Positions 12,541 through 24,200 of a stretch of DNA of 56,557 nucleotides are shown one piece after another. Source of the stretch: Octopus bimaculoides (taxonomy: Eukaryota); the NCBI RefSeq assembly GCF_001194135.2, contig NC_068984.1, positions 140,667,352 to 140,723,908 on the forward strand. The letters are read 5' to 3'. Position 1 is the stretch's first letter. Each line of letters begins with the position of its first letter. The notes under the pieces were generated by a model. It was not told the origin of the DNA. It saw only the letters and a list, made by a program, of their open reading frames with translations, and searched no databases. A program made the position numbers and the translations under genes.

Positions 12541-13682
12541 ATATGTACACACACACACACACACACATTATTCAGGTATTAGTTGAATTTTTTTAAAATT
12601 ACCTCATACACTGTAGTATTTTGTACTTCTATTTTTTTGTTTATATCATATTATTAAATTTATTTCATTTCAGTTCAGTCTTACAGTCCATATTTTAATT
12701 TATAAAAAAAAAAAAAAAATAGAAAATTACAATTTCTAATTTTGCAAAACAGCAAAATTGTTTTTTTCTTTTGGCAAGGGGAAACAAGGGTGGGGGAAAT
12801 GTAAATCAATTGTGTTGACCTCAGTAATTGACTGATGTTTTATTTTATTGTCCCTTTAAAGGATCACTCGGTAAAGCTGACCCCGATAAGGTTTTGAACT
12901 CACAACATACATAACTAAATACAAGTTTTTAATCTATCGTTTTACAGAGTCTGCTACTCCTTTGCCCTAATACATTTGTCGAAGACACAAGTAAAAAGAT
13001 TAGATTTTCATGGAAGTCTCTACAATAGAACTGTTTTTCTCTTGAATATTCTGTGTATGTTCCCACAAGAATAATTAAACAAAAATCTTCAGTATTTAGA
13101 TCCTGACCACAGCCTTATTTCATAAATATATTGCTGTTTGTCCACTCTGTCTGTCTGTGCCATTCTTCTCTCATAGGTCAATTTCTGTAATGACCCAGTC
13201 ATGAGGACAGATTTTAGAATCTTCCTATAATTGGAACTGATTAGAGAAAATTTGGTAATTCCGAACCATTTATTTTTAAGATATTTTTTTTTTTAGTATT
13301 TTAAATTTCTTTTTATCTATTTTCATTCAATGTTTAAACAACAATTAAACATGCTTACAGAGCCATTAAGTGTTGTTGTTATTTCTCAAGATTAGTTCAC
13401 CGATCACTTCTAAAAGAACACAAGGCTAAGTATTTAGAAGTGGCCAAGGACAGGGAGGAAGTAAATTGGTAAGGTAGGCAGTTAGCTAGCTAGGCAGGTA
13501 GGCAAATAGCTAGGAAAGTAGGTAGGTAGATAGATGTTCCAGGTGTATTTACATAACTGAGTTAAAGCCAATGGTGGCAGAGGAACTTTGGTCAGGTTCT
13601 AAGTTTCCATATCTGAAAGAGAATTGTTATAGGAGTATATAGGAAGAATCAGAAGTTTATGTGTGAAAGAATTGTCTGATAA

Positions 13683-13698
13683 CAGCGCCCTCTGGTGA
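13683..13698 (-). promoter_or_regulatory. CTCF-like motif in the 3' UTR
   Basis: TCACCAGAGGGCGCTG closely matches the CCACCAGRGGGCGC consensus; motif match only. Confidence 0.35.
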
Positions 13699-13737
13699 TT
13701 TCTACATGCTGTTTCATCTATCTAATACTCTGGATAT

Positions 13738-13782
13738 TCAAGACTGGCTATCTTTGGACCAGTTGGTGTCCTTTAACTTCAC
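13738..13782 (-). CDS. COBL: COBL-like last coding exon (VKLKDTNWSKDSQS*)
   Basis: Strong polypyrimidine tract and acceptor (ttttttctgtttcttttcag); phase 0. Completes the WH2 LKGV motif; TGA at 13740-13738. Confidence 0.75.
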   Translation of the reverse strand: MKLKDTNWSKDSQS

Positions 13783-14560
13783 CTGAAAAGAAACAGAAAA
13801 AATGAAAGTGAAGAAGAAATAAAAGAAAAACCTTTCAGAAAAAATTTCAAAGAAGAATTAATTTAAAGGGAATTTTTTACCAAACAAAATTGTCTTCTTT
13901 TGCTGGTTTCAGTCATTCAACTACAACATTCCAGGGATGCTTCTTTCAAGGGTTTTAAATATCAACACTAAGACTTAGTTCAGGCTGGTACTAATTATAT
14001 CAATCACTATTTCTTGAACTACTAAGTTATAACTATAGGAGATTACAAAAAACAAACAACCCAGTTTTTAGACTGGTATAAACACACACACACACACACA
14101 CAAATATATGTTTAACACCTCACTCCTGTTCAAGAGTGAGGTGTTATACTTCCTCAGTTGCTTATATGCTATACAAACCAAAATAATCTCTGGTCTACTG
14201 AGCCTGTAGGACTGACAGATCTCAAGACTTGTCCACAGTGCCATGCAGTGAGATCAAACTCAGAGCTACATGGCTGAACCCACCCTTCTAACTGGGATGT
14301 ACACCTTTTTACTGCATCAGCCCCTTAATTGCCCTTTTTTTCTTTTTCTTTGTTGAAGCAATTCTAGGCTTGCTATTTCAGTGGTTGCTTCCTGATTTCA
14401 CTTCAGTTTTTCAGTAATTTAATTTTTTATGCTATAAAATTAATTTCTATTTTTTGAATCAGTTTATTTTTTTATACAATGTTGTTTCAGTTATTTTTCA
14501 ATGTTGAGCCACAAATTGGTAACTTTTTGTATTATCCATTGAATTAATTTATTCTTTATT

Positions 14561-15474
14561 CAGGGTGGGGCAGAGAGGACGGACGTTTTTGAAATGGTTA
14601 TTACTCAGCCCCAGAGGAAGAGACATATGTCCGAACAGATACCATTCCATCCGTGATGTCTTAGCATTCTTTTTTTCTTTTCAGGTGAAGCTAGGGCGCT
14701 GTGGATAATAAGGCATCACATGCTTGTCTACAACAGTTACGTGAAGAATAACGAGTCCATCACAGCAGTTGAGTATGAGTTTTGGTGTCACTTCAACATT
14801 CACCGAAATCAGGCTGTTCCCACCCATAACACAGTCATATGCTGACTGAATACACTTTGTACATGAAATACACTAATAAATAGGAGACTGGAAGGGGCAC
14901 TACAAACGGTACGGATCCCGGAAAATGTGGAATGTATCAGATCAGCTTTATATCAAGATGATAAACAACTTCTTTGTGCCTGAATTACAATGAAAATGCA
15001 TGCCTGACTGACATGTATGGTTTCAGCAGGATGGTGCGATGGCCCATACAACAAGAGCATCAATGGATGTTCTTCACCTCTTTGATTACCATCTCATTTC
15101 CAGGTTTGCTGCCAATCCTTGGCCCCTTCAGCCCCCTGATTTGTCCATGTGTGATTATTTCTTGTGGGGAAAATTCAAGGCATGTTTGTATACACATAAG
15201 CCCCATACATTGGACGATTTGAAGGAAGTTATTTACATGAAAGTCGCCCAAATCGACAGAGCAATGCTGGAGAGAGTGGAGGCCAACTTCCAAAAACGCC
15301 TTCAGAAATGCATCAATGAAAACGGACACCAAATGATGGACGTTGTTTTCCACACTTGATTTTGACAAATGCTATTTTAATACGAACATATTGATGTCAA
15401 TAAAATTTGTTTGCAGCTAAAATTAATGATTTTGTGAATTTTTCAAAAACGTCCGTCCTCTCTGCCTATATATA
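14561..15474 (+). mobile_element. Tc1/mariner-superfamily element, internally deleted, pseudogenised transposase
   Basis: Inverted repeats GGCAGAGAGGACGGACGTTTTTGAAA near both ends; WFQQDGAMAHT and WPLQPPDLSMCDYFLWG motifs (ORF 15039-15359). Confidence 0.85.
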
Positions 15475-15711
15475 CAAAATTAACATCAAATAAAACAATG
15501 ATTACGAAATTTTTCTAATGAAACTGAGGTTAAAACAGCATGCCAGCTTAATTTGAACTTCTCTAATTAGCAAACAAGTGGCATTGTCCTAAGATTAATC
15601 CTTTAAAGATAAGACTAAACTATTACAATCATTAGGCGTGTGCTTAGGGAGTTTGTCACATTGAACAGATAGAGAATCAATCAGAGATTCTTTCATTATT
15701 GTGTGAGATCC

Positions 15712-15923
15712 TTAACCGTCTCGCATTTAAACTGGTCATATCTGGCCCAAATATTCTCCCTATTCTATGTTGAAACTGGCCACATCTACCCTACAATGTC
15801 ATTTGAAAAATAATCCCATCTTCAAAATCTTGAAGCTACAAGATAACGCATGATTAATTCTTTAAAAAATGTGGATAAATAAGCATTACATTTGATAAAT
15901 TAATCTGAATGCTAAAGGGTTAA
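15712..15923. mobile_element. piggyBac-type MITE (TTAA ends)
   Basis: TTAACC...AAAGGGTTAA; second copy at 49070-49298. Confidence 0.6.
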
Positions 15924-17531
15924 ATTTGAAAATGCTTTGTTTGGTTGACGTATCAGATCATTATTTAACATCCATTCTCCATGCCAGCATGGGTTAGATG
16001 GTTCAACAGGAACCAGCATTTCGAGAGCAAATAATTTCTAGTAGTTCTCTCTGTTTTATGTGACTCTCCTAATTACAATACTATGTTGTGTTTTGATGGA
16101 GATTCTGTTGTTCAGGTACAGGTTCAGTAACTAGGGAAACAGTCCTGAGCTGAAGACCAAAGTGGAATGTGGCTGCCATGTTGAATGAACATAAAGCAAA
16201 TAAATAATAACCAAAACAAGTCTTGCTACAATTGAAAAAAATAAATAAAATAGAATAGAAACCATTGTGACTGTAAATGTAATTAGATTAACCACTTTAT
16301 TAGGGGAGAGATTTTATTGATTATTGAGATGTAAACATGTTTTTACATACCTTGTATTTGATTAACTATAGGTCTCAGATCAATAATGCACCTTCGGGAT
16401 TCCAGTACTCAAGTTACTGGAGATGAACTAGGAATAGGTATTGATGATGATGATGATGATGATTGTGGGGCTGGTGGTAATGGTGGGGGCAGAGACAAGG
16501 ATTGTGGTGATTGTTGTGATGATGGTTGGTGTAACAGTGTTAGTGGTAAATGAGTCAGTAGATGTAGTAGTGATGTTGTGGTGATTGTGCTAGTGTTCTG
16601 TACAAAGGCACAGGTTAGCATTAAAAAAAAACAAACATAAGGTGTGTGTGTGTATATATATGTATATATATATATATATCGACGCAGGTATGGCTGTGTG
16701 GCAAGATGCTTGCATCCCAACCATATGGTTCAGGGTTCAGTCCTACTGTGTGACNNNNNNNNNNNNNNNNNNNNNNNNNNNNNNNNNNNNNNNNNNNNNN
16801 NNNNNNNNNNNNNNNNNNNNNNNNNNNNNNNNNNNNNNNNNNNNNNNNNNNNNNNNNNNNNNNNNNNNNNNNNNNNNNNNNNNNNNNNNNNNNNNNNNNN
16901 NNNNNNNNNNNNNNNNNNNNNNNNNNNNNNNNNNNNNNNNNNNNNNNNNNNNNNNNNNNNNNNNNNNNNNNNNNNNNNNNNNNNNNNNNNNNNNNNNNNN
17001 NNNNNNNNNNNNNNNNNNNNNNNNNNNNNNNNNNNNNNNNNNNNNNNNNNNNNNNNNNNNNNNNNNNNNNNNNNNNNNNNNNNNNNNNNNNNNNNNNNNN
17101 NNNNNNNNNNNNNNNNNNNNNNNNNNNNNNNNNNNNNNNNNNNNNNNNNNNNNNNNNNNNNNNNNNNNNNNNNNNNNNNNNNNNNNNNNNNNNNNNNNNN
17201 NNNNNNNNNNNNNNNNNNNNNNNNNNNNNNNNNNNNNNNNNNNNNNNNNNNNNNNNNNNNNNNNNNNNNNNNNNNNNNNNNNNNNNNNNNNNNNNNNNNN
17301 NNNNNNNNNNNNNNNNNNNNNNNNNNGCATAGTATTCAAATATAAGGGGCATTTTCCTTGTTTCTGCCTGTCTCTGTCTCTCTTGTTTACTCTTGTGGGT
17401 AGATATATGTGTGTGTGTGTGTGTGTGTGTGTTTAGCATTGTCCTTTAATGTCTGTTTTCCATGCTGACAAGCTGGAAAGCTGCACCAAGTTCCAGTCTG
17501 GTTTGGCTTGGTTTGTAAATAAATGTATATC

Positions 17532-17576
<45 letters not shown>

Positions 17577-18349
17577 GTGCGTGTGCATATGCTGGGGAGG
17601 GAATGGTTCTACAAGTATCGACTCATCTTTATTTTTAAATGATAAAAACTCTAAAGGAGAACTAGTCATGGTGTCTGGTGTCAGCAAAAGAAATAAAAGT
17701 ATAGTTTGTAAGTCACAGAGAGAAGTAGAATCTGACATTTTGGTGTCATTCCCTCACTTGGGGCAGAGAGAGAGAGAGGGGGGGGGGTAATGTCCTGAAA
17801 TGTCAAATTCCATTTCTTCCTGTGACATATAAACTTATCCAGGTTGACAAACTTTGCTTTATTTCAAAAGCTTGAGTATCTAAGGAGGAGGAAAAAGGAA
17901 CTATAGAACAATTATAAGAGAGAGGGAGAGACTTGGAGTGGTTCAGGAGACAGAAAGATTACAAACCTTAGATTAACTGCCATCTTTATATACAGTGTTC
18001 TTGAAGAGGAGTGAGAGAGAGAGAAAGATCAATATTAATGGCTTCAGACCAATATTAATGGTTTAGGGATTAACCATGAACATGAAAGAGTAATGGCTGG
18101 TAAGGATGCCATCAACAACAATGATGCCTGATAATAACAACTAGACATACAAACAGATATACCAGGGTTTCTATAGATTGTTTTGGTTCCTATTTTACAC
18201 AGATGGACTCTCCAAGCCATCCGATCTTCAAAAAATCATAGTATATTTTTATAATTAAAATATTAGGAATGGTATAAAAAAAAAAAATTAACATATTTTG
18301 TGTATTTGTAGAAGTATGACCAATCTATTGCAGATAAATTTTTGCAACA

Positions 18350-18492
18350 AAATATTATTTACCATTTGACGGATATTTGTCCTCATCTTATTTGTTGTTA
18401 ACACAACGTTTCGGCTGATATACCCTCCAGCCTTCATCAGGTGTCTTGGAGAAATTTTGAACCTGGGTTCTCATTCCTAATGTATTTTTCGA

Positions 18493-18527
<35 letters not shown>

Positions 18528-18632
18528 TCCAGGGCATATGGCATAGTGGTTAAGAGCACGGGCTACTAACCCAAAGATTCCGAGTTCGATTCCAGGCAGA
18601 GACCTGAATAATAATAATATCGAAAAATACCT
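18350..18632. mobile_element. tRNA-head/PLE-hammerhead element, two partial copies back to back
   Basis: Minus: (AAT)n, hammerhead, tail. Plus 18532-18632: A box TGGCATAGTGG (18539-18549), B box GTTCGATTC (18584-18592), then GACCTGAATAAT..ATCGAAAAATACC. Confidence 0.75.
18400..18445 (-). ncRNA. Minimal type I hammerhead ribozyme
   Basis: Same intact core and stems; loop II GAGGGTATAT. Confidence 0.7.
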
Positions 18633-19377
18633 GGATTCTTGGCAAAGTAATAATGATTGTAACATGTAGAGAAAGAAGATGCAGCTGATTCTGTTGTTTA
18701 GTTTGCCTGCAATTGTTACCCTTGGGCTGTATAAGCAACTATTTATTTTTTTTGTTCAGGATGCCTGATGGAGAGCGAAGTTAGACAAAAGGGCCCAGGT
18801 CTGAGGGGTTTTAAAAAAACGAAGATCACATTGGACATTGTTGTCACTGATAAGCAAAATGATAGGGGGGGTTGAGATGCTTTTCATCACAGGTTTACTG
18901 AATTAAGTCTGACCTGTGACAGAGGCAAGATAAACCCATCCCTTGGTCCCAAACTCCTGATTGTAGACAGTTATTTCAATTACAACAATAATCATCTTGA
19001 GAAAGGCATGACTGTCATAACCACTCATCCAAAATCTAAGTCTTATAGGAAAAAAAAAAAAATTCTGTAAAAAAATTTCTTTGAACAAGAAAATTTATCT
19101 GGAATATCAAGAAGTAGGGTCGCAAAATGACAAATGATGAGCGAGATCATATGGTGGGGGATGGGGGTGAGACCATGAAATGACATGAACTGAGTGAAAC
19201 TGAAACCAGGGTGAGTGAGGTTATAAGATGATGGGGTTGAGTGAGGCTATTAGATGGAGCTGAGTGAAGTTACGAAACAATGGGATCGAGTGAGGCTTCA
19301 AAATAACAAGGTTGACATGTATTAAACTAGGTTTTCTGTATGAGTGACACTATAAAGTAACAAGGCTGTCAACTTAC

Positions 19378-22300
19378 CCCTTTCAGATTACTCCGGCTTG
19401 AATTTTTGATTTCCATTAATAATTGCTCACGAGGTGTGAGTTCTGGTTCTGGTAACTTCCGTTTTGGTTTTGGCGCTACTGAGGGTGGCTTCAATACAAC
19501 CATAGCAGGAACAGCTCGGACAACACCACTAACTTCTGTATCATTTTGTTTTCGAAAGAAATTCACCTCTGTTTTTATTGGAGGAGAATTCTCTTTTGGT
19601 GGTCCAACTTTTTTCAGATTCACTGTAAATGGAAGTTTTGGTGGAGGGGTCCCTGGTTTCGGAGGAACTGGTGGAACTGAATTGTTTGAACTTTTGGTTT
19701 TTGAGTTTTCTTTCTGCTTCTGTGATTTGTTACTGAATGTCTCTGGTGGAGGAGGAAAGTTTGTAATAGGCTTTATTTGGGGTTTAATCTCTTTGGGTGA
19801 AACTGGTCTTTGTGGAAGTTCTGGAGGAGGGGGCAATATACCTTTGGATGAACGCACCTTTGTCTGAGGAGATGATGGTGATGATCTCACTTGATTCTTC
19901 AAATTCTCTGGAAGGTGTTTCAAGCCCTCTTGGAAACTTTGAATTATCTCCTCTTGGCTTTTTAGCATCTGAGCCATTTTGTCTGCAAGAGGGTCTTCTT
20001 TAACATTGGAACCTTTGTTTAATATAGAAGTCTTGTGATCTTCAAGTTGTTGCTGCCATATTTCCAACTGCTCTTGCATAGCTTTCTGTTCTTCAGTGTG
20101 AGAACTAGGACCAAGGTGAGTTTTCAACTTGGCTTCCCACAAAGATATTTGTTCCTTCAGCAAATTTTGTTCCTGTACAGCTAATTTCTTTCGAATATTC
20201 AAACGATGCTGGATTGCAATCAGTTGGCGGTGCCACAGATTCACCTGTTTCTGCAAAAGGTCATACTCTGTTTCTGAATAATAGGAATTGCCATCAGTTT
20301 GAGACAACTTGAGACGTGCAAGATCAATCTGTTTTTCCAGAATCTCTTGTTCATCCGTGATATACTCAGCATTGTAATCCTCATCAAGGCTGCTCATTTT
20401 TGTATACAAGTCAATTTGACGGTTGACGATTGCGTTTTCCTGAGCAGTTATTTCAGGGTTGACATCTTTGTCAGTTTTAGAGAGTTTTCTCTGTAACAAT
20501 TTTATCTGTTTCTGAGGAACATTTTCTTTTTGATTTTGACTCTTCTCATAATCTAATAAGTCATTTTGCCAAAGTTCTATCTGTTGCTGAAGAATTTCAC
20601 TCTCAATTTTCCCCAGCTCATCAGTGTCTTTTTCTGTCTGGCACTTTTCTCGTTTCTTCTGCCAGACCATAATTTGTTGGTTTAGGATATCCTGCTGAAC
20701 AGAATGTGGTAAGGGGGTCTCTTCTACAGTAAACAGTTTTAGTTGTTTTTTCCAAATAGAAATCTGTTCTCTCACCTCAGACTCCTCCTCTCCAATAGAT
20801 GTGTCAGAGTTTCGTTTCATTTTGGTGTACCACAAATCAATATACTTCTTTAAAATGTCCTGCTCTGCAGCAAGGTGAATTATCTTCTTGTCTTTGTTCT
20901 CTACAAGACCCCTCTGCCAAAGTTCAATTTGCTGCATCAAAATCTCCCGTTCTTCCTCAGTGTACCCTAATGTGTTATTCTTGATAATGTCAAGATGGTC
21001 TTGCCACAGACGGATTTGATCTTTCTGGAGTTCTTCATTAAGTGATTTGAATTTTATCCTCGTCTCTTTCTTTTCTCTCTTCACATCAAGCCACCGCTGC
21101 CAAATATCAATCTCTTTAGCTAACAACTCTGATCCTTTCAGCTCTGTGCCTCTGAAGTTAGTATCAATATTTTGGTGAGCAAGTTTATCTTGCCACAATT
21201 CTATCTGAAACTTTAGAATATTTTGTTGCTCTTCATTATATTTCTGTAAGGATTCTTTCCTTTCTTGCATGGCTGTTAGCTTCTGCTGCCAAAGATCAAC
21301 CTGTAACTTTAAAAGGTCCTGTTCAATAGGTTCCACTGTGGAATTGGTTTCATTGCTTTTCTGTAACTTCTTCTGATAGAGGTCAATTTTATCACAAAGA
21401 ACATCCATTTCTTCAGCCAAGAAAGTCTCAGATTCAATATCAATGCCATTCAGCTTTTTATTCCAGAGTTGAATTTCTCTTTGAAGAAGTTTCTGTTCTA
21501 TCACCAGGAAATCATTATCAGAGTTCTGATTGTCTCGTGTTTGTTTCTTCCAGATGTCAATTTGTTTCATCACAAGGTCTTCACTTCCAGAATTCTTTTC
21601 ATTCATCTTATTCTGCCACAATTCAATTTGTTGTTCTAAGATGTCCTGCTCCACTTTGCTATCTTTATCTTGGTGGCTCTGGACATCCTGCAGTTGTGAG
21701 TGCCAAACATTCACTTGTTCTTTCAAGATCTCTCTCTGACTAGAAGGATCTCCATCCTTGTACCAATGAAGTTGCTTCTGCCAAACAATCAGCTGTCTTC
21801 TCAAGATATCTTGTTCTTGGGCACTGAAAGAATGTCCTGCAAATTTCTTATCCTTCAAATTTTTCTTCCACACTTCAATTTGGTGCCGAAGAAGATTCTG
21901 TTCTTTGGTGCTACTATCTGTGTCAGAACCTTTTTTATCAAGCTGGCTCTGCCACAGATCAATCTGTTCTTGAAGAACCTCTCTCTCTTCTATAGTGTAA
22001 AGGCTGGAACTTTTCTCAATGACTTTAATTTTTTGTCTCCAAACTTGAACTTGTTTCTTCAAAAATTCGATTTCTTGTTCTTTGTATTTCTTTGCACCAT
22101 CACTTTGGCGTTCTTTTGCAGACAACTTCCTTTGCCAAAGTTCTATCTGTTGCTTCATAACTTTCTGTTCAAGCAGTCTAAACCCAGAAGAATCTGCTAC
22201 GTTGAGTTCTTTCAATTGTTTGTTCCATTGGTCAACCTTCTCTCTGAGTTTCTCTTGTTCTTGTGCCGTGTACAAACCACTATTATCATTCAGGTGTTCT

Positions 22301-23261
22301 TGCAGTTGCTTCTGCCAGCGTTCAATCTGCTTCTTCAGATTTGTTTGAGCAGCTAATGGAATGCTGTCTTCTTGAGTAGATTCTGAGTCAATAGTATCTG
22401 ACTCGGAGTCAATTGACAGAGTGTACCCGTCCAGCCTTATCTTTGGAGACCTCTTCTCAGTTGATGGGGAAAACTTTTTGCTTTCTTCTTTCACTTCCTG
22501 TTTCCTCTGATTCTCAATCATTGGGGAGCCACGATAATCCAAAGATTTCCGATCCTCTTTTGTCAACACCAGTTCCTCTTTAGGACTGTTCATGTACTGT
22601 GCTAATTCAGCAGCACTTGAAGACCTACTTAGTTCTAACGAGGGACTACTTTCCAACACTGGCCGGCTAGCATTATCATGAGAAACCGACATGACTATTT
22701 CCTCTTCAATTCCATTGACCTCATGAGTTTCCACCTCATTTTCAACAACATGATTCATATCGGGCACAAATGATTCCATGCCATATGGAGCCCCTGTTTC
22801 AACAGTTTCTACAATTTCTGGTATCATGCGCGTTTCCTCACTAAGTGTGTCACCATTTGGCAACTGGTCATGAACGCCATTTATGTTGTAATCTTCTGAC
22901 ATACCAACTGTGGTAAAGCTGCCTTCTGACGAAATACTCTGCCTACGCCGATTCCCATTCTTGAAAGATTTCGGTGAAAGCGTTTCTCCCATTGATATAT
23001 TAGAGGTGACAGTGTCCGTTGTACTGAAGTCATCATCTGTGGCGCTCGCAATTGAGTTGCGATGTTTTCCAAGATATATTGCTGTTCCCTCAGTAAGTTC
23101 ATTTCCAGTGGTCAAGCGAGGTCTTGGTGACTGACTTCCATCAGGATTTCCTAAATTATGCACAGGTGTTGTCGGTCGGAAATTTTTTGCCTGTTCAGCT
23201 GTTATATTGTTGCTATATTCAACGAAGAGTCCCATGTCTGACTGCAATTCCTCTGCTACAA
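19378..23261 (-). CDS. COBL: COBL-like giant exon (3884 nt): acidic region, about 27 Trp helical repeats, Pro-rich region, N-terminal part of WH2
   Basis: 1292-aa ORF in the track. Acceptor ttttag before 23261 (phase 1), donor gtaagt after 19378 (phase 0). Ends TPREQLLMEIKNSSRSNLKG. Confidence 0.93.
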
Positions 23262-23322
23262 CTAAAAGACATAAAAGTTGTTTAATACATAAAAATCAAT
23301 CTGTTACAAATGAATGGATACA

Positions 23323-23365
<43 letters not shown>

Positions 23366-23375
23366 NNNNNNNNNN

Positions 23376-23415
<40 letters not shown>

Positions 23416-23930
23416 GTTTGCAGAAGAATTCATACACATGCTATTTTATTAATATAGAGCAATATTTATAAAATTTCAAGAGAACTCACACACACAAACA
23501 CACACATCTTCATATATAAACAAACATACGTACACATAAACACAAGTAGCTTATATGTAAAGACAATTAACAATCCCTGAAATTTATAATCAGGTTGTAA
23601 ATTTGGATGTTGTAAATATCATAACTTTAGCTGTGATACTGGCCATACACAAATGAATATCTTGCGGCAGTTCCCTATTCACTCACAAGAAGTAACTGCA
23701 AAGCACGATACACCACAAAAGAAAACTAGATAGGAAAACATTAGTGGACAACATGTCCCTTCAAAATTTCCTATAAAAATAGTCTGTTGATGATTGAAGT
23801 AATACTTGTAACAAGACACTGCTAAAAGAAAATCACAGATTACAAACAAACATTTGAATGATGTTGTATAAATTTGAGAAAAATTTTTTAGTAAATGCAC
23901 ACACACACACACACAGACACACACACATGA

Positions 23931-23977
<47 letters not shown>

Positions 23978-23978
<1 letters not shown>

Positions 23979-24200
23979 CATCATCATCGTTTAACGTCCG
24001 CTTCCCATGCTAGCATGGGTTGGACGATTTGACTGAGGACTGGTGAAACCGGATGGCAACACCAGGCTCCAGTCTGATTTGGCAGAGTTTCTACAGCTGG
24101 ATGCCCTTCCTAACGCCAACCACTCAGAGAGTGTAGTGGGTGCTTTTACGTGTCACCCGCACGAAAACGGCCATGCTCGAAATGGTGTCTTTTATGTGCC
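23978..24200 (-). mobile_element. RTE LINE 3' fragment, young
   Basis: Same family as 1-233; broken by the gap at 24201. Confidence 0.8.

Noticed and set aside
11900-13737. Poly(A) site of the COBL-like gene
   Set aside because: Several AATAAA candidates on the minus strand (e.g. 13274-13269, about 12840) in AT-rich DNA; cannot choose without 3'-end data.
16621-17439. Long ORFs in several frames (also 24043-25332, 27036-27327, 40499-41333)
   Set aside because: They only span N gaps; the X runs are not coding evidence.
19406-22356. Plus-strand ORFs (19406-19867, 21700-22356 and others)
   Set aside because: Antisense shadows of the giant minus-strand exon; no independent motifs.
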